A stretch of 64,000 nucleotides of DNA from a virus. Taxonomy: Duplodnaviria > Caudoviricetes. The notes beneath the pieces are model-generated. The model had not been told where the DNA came from, did not search any database, and was given only the letters and a program-made list of their open reading frames with translations. This document shows, piece after piece, positions 56,684 through 64,000 of the stretch. A program made the translations under genes and the position numbers. Where the stretch lies: positions 1 through 64,000 of the IMG/VR virus record IMGVR_UViG_3300030330_005655. The stretch is one strand, 5' to 3'. Within the stretch, counting starts at the first letter, position 1; each line of letters opens with the position of its first letter.

Positions 56684-59600
56684 CTAAGCTATAAATCTAG
56701 AATTATTTTGATCAATCATTGCAGCAACTTCTTGTCCTACAAACTCTCCTATAAACTGACTAAGTTCATTTTTGATAAGTTCAATATTTAATCCTTGCAG
56801 GTTTAATCCGCCTTGAACATTCACAGTGTGTGTGAACTGGAAACCGTTTGCAAAAAGCGCTGCGGCATCGCTCATCTTGGTTATTAGCGGATCGAAAGAA
56901 CTAATCGCACCGGCAAAAGCGTCGGTTATACCGCCAATAAAACCAGAAAATACACCCTCAATCTGTCCTGTGTCTATTGCGAACATGCCACCGCCAGTGC
57001 CTTCTCTGCCGCCGCTTCCTTGGTTGCGGTAAACTGGCCCACCTTTGTTGTAGCCCGGAACTTGGCCCCTGTTCAAACTTTTCATAAATCCAACACCATA
57101 TTTGTCTACGGTGTTTGAATTCATTACAAACTCTCCGGGCGTGAGCATTGCTGGCACAGTGTCTTGATTAGAGCCGCCATTTCTAAAGTAAGAAGGAACG
57201 AGACCGCCTTTAGCATAGTGATATGGAAATAAAGGCATAGCTTGGTACATGTTGTATAAATCTATATTTTTAAACTCATGATTAGTTTTTATTGCCGCAA
57301 ATCTTGCTCTTGCTTTATCAATAAGTTTATTAAATTCAATCCTAACATCGTCGTCAATATTACCAGCACCGTCCATGATTGGATCGCCAAGATGGGAAAA
57401 CGTTCTTTTTCCTGTTCTGAAGTTCCTTTTAAAATGAGCGCTCATTAAATTTGATGATGGAAATTGACCAGTAGCACCAACATGCCGTGCAATCTCTTCT
57501 ACTAGGGCAAGCTCAGTGTATTCTTTGTCATCGGGTGGTCCAAGATAGTCTACAGACCTATCTAATAGATTTCTTACACCCTGCGGAAGCCGTTCTTTTA
57601 GTGCTATTGCTTTCTTTTTGCCTTTGAGCGTTAGTCCGCTTGGAACAGGTTGTTGAGCTTCGATTCCCCTAAGTATTTGTCTAGCTCGTTCTCCCATTGG
57701 TCCGGGCTGCATAGCCATTGCTTGCAGTTGAGCCATATTGTTGAACCGATTCGTCGAATCGTATCTCCGATTGATACCCTCCACACCCATGCCTCGCATA
57801 TTGTTGATAGCCTCGCTACCCATATTCATTAAACCTTGACCGGGAATTCCACCCGGACCACCCGAAAACGCACCCATGTCGGTCATGATTGGGTTGCCAT
57901 ATATATCGTAGTTGGAGAACCCATAGCCACCAAATTGTGCATATCGACCACCGCTATAAGCAGCCCTAGGTATGCCCATATTGCCGTATCTTGTGCCGCC
58001 CATGTTTCGCATGTATCCACTTATGCCGCCACCAAATTGACGGTAAACAGGACCGCCTTTGGCATATCCTAAAATACGATAATATTTTCTAGCAAGATTC
58101 AAACTGTCTTTTGACAGGCTGCCCTGTGGAACTCCTACCGTTGATCCATCGGCTTTTTCTAGATTTAAAATTGCATTTCCGCTACCGGCGCCGCTTATAC
58201 CTCTATATCTAGCCTGCGTTGAATGTTCGCCCGTGACATTTGTCCATGTTTCAAGTCGATCTATACCAAGCCCTTGAAGAGAAGCGTTTTGTAATGATGA
58301 TATGTATGATGGGCCGGGATCTGGACGAAGGTCTTCATAAGGAACTTGGACTAGTGCCGCAGCGCGTGCCGCAGCGCCTTTTAAAAAGCCTCCAACAGCC
58401 GAAATGCCAGCACCAAGATTACCCCTAGCAGTATCAAAATTACTTTTAAAATTAGAATAACCAGTTTTAGCAGCATCTATAGCAGTTCTACCAGCCCCAA
58501 TCAAATCAGCTAATCCAAACTTCGGTTCTACGGAAGGCGACTGGAAGCCTGTCATCATAGGCTCTCTTCTACGTTCTTTCGGCTGAACCATTCGAGGATA
58601 TGGCGCGTCTGGATTTAACCGATCAAAATCCGCATCACTCATCATCGGAGGCATAAAGCTTGGAGAAACCCCTCCGATGGGTGTACTTATGTCAAGCAGC
58701 CCAGAAACATCAACGATAGGGAAATCTTTCAAAATGGCTGGGTCGGCTCTTCGGGGGGTTGGAGCGGTCGGGGTGCGCAGTCTTCTTTTAATAAATCTGT
58801 TTGGACCCTCTAAGGGAAAATTAGCCCCAAATGTATTAGCCATGCCAGCCAAAAAGTTGTGTACAAACATAGCAATACCCGAATGATCATCAGCAAAACC
58901 CGAACGATCACCAGCAAACTGCCCCGGATATCCTCCCGCTCTAATATCTGGATCTGGATGGCCTGAAGTGTAAACACCGGGAGCTACGCGCGTTCCCAAA
59001 TAGACAGGAGCGCTGGGTTGAACGCGCCGAAAGCTTCCATCAGCAGTAGCGCTACCGATAGTTCCTCGACCACCGCCGCTACCACCAATGGTTCTTACAG
59101 GCACATCGCCTACATGAGTACTTGAGTTCTTTTTACGGTTTTGCCATTCCGAATACTCTTGTGGGGTATTCCGTTGATGCCACATACTTGCTTGCTGTAT
59201 AGTTCTTGCCCCTATAGCAGTTATTTTGTTAGCAGGAAGTCCGGTGTGCTTATGATAAGGTAGACCGTCACTAGGAGTCTCTCCACCCATATGTCTATAA
59301 ACAACACTTCCACCCCTATTCAAAGCCGCCAAATTATCAGCACCAATCTTATCAACAGCAGACTTTCTTATAACAAACTCGCCCGGAGTTAACATAGCAG
59401 GAACAGTATCAGTGCCTTTGGGCTTGAATATAGTGCCACCATTTTTTCTATACTGAACCAATCCACCCCTAGCATTTCCTTGCGCTTCTTGGTCGCCTCC
59501 CGGCTGGTTTGCCGCAGCTTTTCTAGCCATAACCATTTCTTGAGTAAGCTTGGTTACTTCATCGGCAAGCTTGACATTCGCCTCTATCAATTGCTCTTCT

Positions 59601-62600
59601 TTTGTTGTTGCTTGAGCCAACTGTTCGGCTACTCTTGGATCAAGCCCCATGCGAATCGCATCACGAATAACAAGCTCTTGCTTTATTTCTTTTCCTGTAA
59701 AGCCGCCAACAAGCTCAACATCTGCAAGCCTATCAAGCAACCCCACGGTGTTTTGTCTTTGTTCAGGAGTTTGATTTTGAAGTGTTCCTGTGGCAAAAGC
59801 AAAATTCACACCACGAAAAGCCATCATTAAATCTTTTCTGGCGTCTTTACCACCAACAACAAAATCCTCAACAACATCAAGCATAGCAGCGCGTTTTGAT
59901 CTTTCATCTTCAATAAGGGCTATGTTTGCCTCCATCTCTTCAAATATACCAGTGGCCCTTTCTCCTTGGTTTGCCATTCTTTCAAGTTCGTTTGTGGTTA
60001 CGTCAATAACCTTCTGCATTTTATCTTGGCGAGCAATCAATTCTTTTGTTGCCCTGCCCGCATTTATTTCTTCTGCTATTCTTTGTCTAGTGGCTATGGC
60101 GGCCTGCCTACTAACTGCAATTTGTTGTAGATTTCCTGCTTCTAGCTGCTTGCCAGTAGGGTCTTGAAATCCTTGAAGATTAGCCTGAGCAACAACCCTT
60201 TCTCTTCTATCTTTAACCTTTCTGTCCAAAGGCTCTGCTTCAAATTCTGAATCTCTTGATCTGGAAACTAAATCTTGTGCTTGTTTTCTTAAATCTGCAC
60301 CTTCAAAAATTGTTTGAATTTCTGCCTGTTTTTGCTCTAGCTCTTTTTGTCTAAGGGTTTCTCTTGCATTTAAGAATGATTGATAATTATTAATATCCTT
60401 TTGACTTAAACCAACAAGTCTATTTATTGACTCTGCTTGTTTTTTAGCCAGTTCTTCCACTGGAGCAAATATGCTTTGCAAAGCTTCTTCTGTTATTCTT
60501 CCGCCTTGGGCGGCTTCTCTCAAACTTTTTCCTACATTATTGAAAAGCTCTTGACCAAAAGGCCCAAGTTGTTCGGGAGTTAGCCCCAAGCTTCTAAGTA
60601 TAACATCTGCATTTACAGGATCGCTACCAAAGTTTTTACCCAAAAGATCTCTTCTTGCATTTTGCAAAACAGTAGCAGAAGTTAAAAGCTGATCTCCAAC
60701 CTTTTGTGCGGCAGGCCCAAAGCTTGAAGTAATACTGTCAACTTGAGCTATAAACTTTTTAGGGTCTTGAATTCTACCAATATTATCTATTTCATCAACA
60801 CCACGAACCTCTGCTTTAAGAGCTTGGTTTTCAATTACAGCAGTATAGTTTTCTATAGCTTTTGCTTGATTTTCCAAAGCTTGTTCTTGCAGCGACAAGG
60901 CACTCAAAAACTTGTCGGCTTCAGCAACGGCTTTTGTAAGAGCTATAGTGGCTTTTCTTTGTTCATCTTCTGCTTTTCTTAATGTTCTCGCAGTGTCTGC
61001 TTGTCTTTTTATACCTTCAGCCAAGTCTCTTACTTTTTGATTCGCAGCGTTTGTAAGCTTGGTGTTTTGTTCTAAAATGCTATTAGCGGCGTTGGTCAAT
61101 GCGGCCTTTTCATCCTCGGTTTTCGCCGCTCTTGCCTGAGCCTGCAACGATGCCGCTTCAGCCTGATTTTTCGCCACCAACAAAGCAAGCTCTGCCTGAG
61201 TTGCGGCTTTTACCTGATTAAAAGCCTGAGCAACTAATCCGCTACCATTAATTAATTCATCAAACGTTTGCTCGCCGGTGATTTCAACACTTGCAGCATC
61301 TTGCAATGTTTTCACAGAAGCTTCGGCAGCTTGACTAGCGGCCTCTAAAGAAGCGCTTAATCTTAATTGATTTACTTCCACAATAGCGGCAATCGAAGCA
61401 TTGTCTTCAAAGTCTTCTTTCTTTAATTGACTTACGGCTTTTCCAGCGTTCATTGCTTGAGCCGCTAACTGGTGTAAAGCCTCTTTGCCTTGTTTGCTAG
61501 CACCAGCACTAATCAAATCTCCTTGAGCTTGAAGCCTTCTGTTGACTCTACCCTCTGGAGTTGCAGCAAGCTCTGCGGCTTCCATAGCGTCTTTAAAATT
61601 ATTACTAGCTTGAGTAATCTGGGTAAGACCTTCAATAGATTCTTTTATAGTTTGTGTGTGTCTTTGCTGTTCTGCTATAGCTTCTTCTTGTGCAGAACTA
61701 TACACCAAATAACCAACACCAGCACCGACTAAAGCACCAACCAAAGTACCAACAACCGGAACTACACTACCTAAAGCAGCACCCGCAGCAGCAGCAGCAC
61801 CAGCAGCAGCTAATCCACTACCAACAGCAGCAGCAGCGCCAGCCGTTCCAGCGCTTGAAAATGAAGCAGACTGATCTCTAAAAGCCACTTCCGAAAGTTT
61901 TGCAGTAGTTAAGGTTTCTGCACTAGCACCACTTTCCAGACCTTCTTTGAAAATTTTTGCTTGGGCATCAGCGCTTGCTTTCGCTTGAGCAGATAAATAT
62001 TTAAACACAACCATAACAGCAGTAGCAGCAAGAGCCACCCCACCCAAAGTCCCAGCAAGACCTGCGCCCGCCGCATTTTTACTCGCAAGAGCTTCTGCTT
62101 CATCAGAAGCCGCAGCATTTAAGCTAGCTTTAGCTTCAGCAGATTTAGCAGCAACCAAGGTGGCGCTAGCAAATACATCTAAAAAAGTACCACCTACTCC
62201 AACTAACGTTGCAACAAATGTACTCGTTTCATTGATAGCCTGCTTTGTTTCTTCACTCAAGCCACTCATTTGGGCTGTTACAGCGGCAGCAGCACTAGTT
62301 AAAAATATAAAGCTTTGTGCGGCTTGGGCTGGCCCTTTTAGTTTTTCAGCAGCGCCGCCTGCTGATCCAACTGCGCCGGATAGCGTATTCACACCAGCAG
62401 ATCTAAAGTTTTCACGACCTTTCGCAAGTCTGCCTTTTACAAAACCGCCAGCAGCCGCAGGTGTGCTAGCAGCTTTATTAAGAGCGTTGCGAACTTTTGC
62501 CCTTACTGTGTTATTTTCTTTTCTCGACTTGATAGTTTCTTGTATTTCTTTCTTTTCCCGCTGTCTTATTCCATTAGTCTCGGTTATTTGTCTTTCAGTT

Positions 62601-64000
62601 TCTTTTCTTGCCTTGTCTGTAGCGGCAATAGAACTTCCAGTCTTTTTTAGTTCGTCTTGATAAGCCTTTTCAACTTTAGACATGTCAACATTAGCACTTC
62701 CAGCGACACTCTGTTGAAAATCTGAAGCTAAATTTCCCTCTTTCCCACCAAGGATGGAAGCAACTGGTGCGCCAATCTCTGGGCGTGCGCCAGCCATACC
62801 CCTTGTACCTTCAAAGCCCTCTGCCCCCTTCAAAATTCCAGCGCCTTGAACACTAGCCGCGCCTTTTTCATAGGCTCTTGTCATTTTTCCTGAGCCGTCC
62901 TTTAAATCTTTTTCAGCTATTTGCATAGCCGCAGCTAAATCATTACCTTCCAACCCAAGAACTTCAAAATTTCTTCGTACCTTTTCTAATTGTTTAGCGA
63001 GACTGTCAGCCGGTCCCTTGATCAGTCCCGGATTAAATGCTCTTAATTCAACGCCAGAACCTCCAGCGGGAGTTCCATTTCCATACGTGTATCTTCCAGC
63101 AGTAACTATACCGCCAGCAGCATATCCACGAACCCCGCCCTGATTCATTTTCTTGAGATTACTATAACCTATACTTTGCGCCGCGCTTTTATTGAATACA
63201 AATTCGCCGGGAGTCAACAAAGCTGGAACAGTATCTGAGCCACTAATTCCACCACCTTTAGCGCGCCTTTCCATTCTAGAATATGGACCAGCGGCTGCCG
63301 AAAGCTCTCTAGACGCTCTTTGTCTATTCATAGCGTTGCCTTGATCATCTTCAAATCTTACAGCAGAAACTCTTCTGGTAGCCCTAGCTAAAAGACTTCT
63401 TTTTCCGCCAAAAGCTGTCATCAACGCTTCGCCAACATCTGCTCTTATAACATCTGCATCCGTGTCTAAATTCTTTCTTGTTTTTATATTATTAGCAAAG
63501 CTTTTAGCTATAGTTCCTTTATTTGCACTTAACTCTTTAAAAGCTGGAGAAGCTTTACCACCAGTCAATCTATAAGCACTACCTTTACTTAAAAGGCTAT
63601 TAAATATATCGCCGCCTTTTGCTTTTATATACCTTTTTAATATAGTGCCTGTAGTGCCTGCTTTGTTTTTTAAGTTCCAGTCTCTATTCCAGTTCATTGG
63701 CAGATCAACACCAACACTAGAATAAAGCTGTCTTATCTGTCTATTTTTTTCTTTAGCAGCAAAGGCTCTGGCAGAACCAGAAGTGTTAAGCTTGTCTAAG
63801 TGAGCAAACTCTGTGTCTAGAGTGGGTGTCAATTTTTTAAATTCTCTAGCAGACTGTGTTTTAACATCCTTTTTTGAAACAGCGCGAGTGCTGCCTCTTT
63901 GAAACCTATTTTGATTCATTGCCGCAAGAGTATTAGCACCCAAACTTTTTACGCTACTTTTCTTTATAACAAACTCGCCGGGGGTAAGCATTGCCGGAAC
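56684..64000 (-). CDS. Tail tape-measure-like protein, 5'-truncated
   Basis: >2435 aa; Ala/Gly hydrophobic segments at ~61695-62315, long coiled coil, four DTVPA(M/L)LTPGEFV motifs; frame open to 64000 (VPAMLTPGEF). Confidence 0.85.
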   Translation of the reverse strand, partial: VPAMLTPGEFVIKKSSVKSLGANTLAAMNQNRFQRGSTRAVSKKDVKTQSAREFKKLTPTLDTEFAHLDKLNTSGSARAFAAKEKNRQIRQLYSSVGVDLPMNWNRDWNLKNKAGTTGTILKRYIKAKGGDIFNSLLSKGSAYRLTGGKASPAFKELSANKGTIAKSFANNIKTRKNLDTDADVIRADVGEALMTAFGGKRSLLARATRRVSAVRFEDDQGNAMNRQRASRELSAAAGPYSRMERRAKGGGISGSDTVPALLTPGEFVFNKSAAQSIGYSNLKKMNQGGVRGYAAGGIVTAGRYTYGNGTPAGGSGVELRAFNPGLIKGPADSLAKQLEKVRRNFEVLGLEGNDLAAAMQIAEKDLKDGSGKMTRAYEKGAASVQGAGILKGAEGFEGTRGMAGARPEIGAPVASILGGKEGNLASDFQQSVAGSANVDMSKVEKAYQDELKKTGSSIAATDKARKETERQITETNGIRQREKKEIQETIKSRKENNTVRAKVRNALNKAASTPAAAGGFVKGRLAKGRENFRSAGVNTLSGAVGSAGGAAEKLKGPAQAAQSFIFLTSAAAAVTAQMSGLSEETKQAINETSTFVATLVGVGGTFLDVFASATLVAAKSAEAKASLNAAASDEAEALASKNAAGAGLAGTLGGVALAATAVMVVFKYLSAQAKASADAQAKIFKEGLESGASAETLTTAKLSEVAFRDQSASFSSAGTAGAAAAVGSGLAAAGAAAAAGAALGSVVPVVGTLVGALVGAGVGYLVYSSAQEEAIAEQQRHTQTIKESIEGLTQITQASNNFKDAMEAAELAATPEGRVNRRLQAQGDLISAGASKQGKEALHQLAAQAMNAGKAVSQLKKEDFEDNASIAAIVEVNQLRLSASLEAASQAAEASVKTLQDAASVEITGEQTFDELINGSGLVAQAFNQVKAATQAELALLVAKNQAEAASLQAQARAAKTEDEKAALTNAANSILEQNTKLTNAANQKVRDLAEGIKRQADTARTLRKAEDEQRKATIALTKAVAEADKFLSALSLQEQALENQAKAIENYTAVIENQALKAEVRGVDEIDNIGRIQDPKKFIAQVDSITSSFGPAAQKVGDQLLTSATVLQNARRDLLGKNFGSDPVNADVILRSLGLTPEQLGPFGQELFNNVGKSLREAAQGGRITEEALQSIFAPVEELAKKQAESINRLVGLSQKDINNYQSFLNARETLRQKELEQKQAEIQTIFEGADLRKQAQDLVSRSRDSEFEAEPLDRKVKDRRERVVAQANLQGFQDPTGKQLEAGNLQQIAVSRQAAIATRQRIAEEINAGRATKELIARQDKMQKVIDVTTNELERMANQGERATGIFEEMEANIALIEDERSKRAAMLDVVEDFVVGGKDARKDLMMAFRGVNFAFATGTLQNQTPEQRQNTVGLLDRLADVELVGGFTGKEIKQELVIRDAIRMGLDPRVAEQLAQATTKEEQLIEANVKLADEVTKLTQEMVMARKAAANQPGGDQEAQGNARGGLVQYRKNGGTIFKPKGTDTVPAMLTPGEFVIRKSAVDKIGADNLAALNRGGSVVYRHMGGETPSDGLPYHKHTGLPANKITAIGARTIQQASMWHQRNTPQEYSEWQNRKKNSSTHVGDVPVRTIGGSGGGRGTIGSATADGSFRRVQPSAPVYLGTRVAPGVYTSGHPDPDIRAGGYPGQFAGDRSGFADDHSGIAMFVHNFLAGMANTFGANFPLEGPNRFIKRRLRTPTAPTPRRADPAILKDFPIVDVSGLLDISTPIGGVSPSFMPPMMSDADFDRLNPDAPYPRMVQPKERRREPMMTGFQSPSVEPKFGLADLIGAGRTAIDAAKTGYSNFKSNFDTARGNLGAGISAVGGFLKGAAARAAALVQVPYEDLRPDPGPSYISSLQNASLQGLGIDRLETWTNVTGEHSTQARYRGISGAGSGNAILNLEKADGSTVGVPQGSLSKDSLNLARKYYRILGYAKGGPVYRQFGGGISGYMRNMGGTRYGNMGIPRAAYSGGRYAQFGGYGFSNYDIYGNPIMTDMGAFSGGPGGIPGQGLMNMGSEAINNMRGMGVEGINRRYDSTNRFNNMAQLQAMAMQPGPMGERARQILRGIEAQQPVPSGLTLKGKKKAIALKERLPQGVRNLLDRSVDYLGPPDDKEYTELALVEEIARHVGATGQFPSSNLMSAHFKRNFRTGKRTFSHLGDPIMDGAGNIDDDVRIEFNKLIDKARARFAAIKTNHEFKNIDLYNMYQAMPLFPYHYAKGGLVPSYFRNGGSNQDTVPAMLTPGEFVMNSNTVDKYGVGFMKSLNRGQVPGYNKGGPVYRNQGSGGREGTGGGMFAIDTGQIEGVFSGFIGGITDAFAGAISSFDPLITKMSDAAALFANGFQFTHTVNVQGGLNLQGLNIELIKNELSQFIGEFVGQEVAAMIDQNNSRFIA

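Noticed and set aside
57470-57520. Metallopeptidase motif in tape-measure cargo (VEEIARH)
   Set aside because: Not HExxH
61690-61881. Poly-Gln ORF / GCA microsatellite on the + strand
   Set aside because: Antisense shadow of the poly-Ala/Gly hydrophobic segment of the tape measure
516-62660. Numerous short antisense or alternate-frame ORFs in the track
   Set aside because: Nested in well-supported genes and lacking recognisable motifs
1-64000. Alternative genetic code or stop-codon reassignment
   Set aside because: The standard code gives full-length, densely tiled genes ending in TAA, TAG and TGA

Overview
This is a gene-dense, AT-rich 64 kb segment of a large tailed dsDNA bacteriophage genome. 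I saw no rRNA, tRNA, CRISPR array or integrase. The + strand (1-41967) is a nearly continuous, translationally coupled run. It begins with nucleotide metabolism, replication and recombination genes: class II ribonucleotide reductase (5'-truncated), dUTPase, PhoH, RecA, DnaB, DnaG, dNMP kinase, a Cas4-like nuclease and SSB. The Pol III alpha (DnaE) is split into two intein-less genes flanking a DEDDh exonuclease and an HNH endonuclease. A ~20 kb, 25-gene glycan synthesis and modification island follows. The - strand (41960-64000) carries tail and virion genes, including a very large 5'-truncated tape-measure-like protein. That protein is built from repeated DTVPA(M/L)LTPGEFV and [YF]xxGG delimiters flanking cargo segments, one of them an SHD1-like domain. 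A small oxygenase/glycosyltransferase module with paired TubC_N-like docking domains sits among Cys-rich tail genes. Also notable are an apparently strict avoidance of CCWGG, an unannotated cytidylyltransferase pseudogene/deletion scar, and a palindromic TTTGTGTA array. All calls come from motif recognition by eye; no searches were run.
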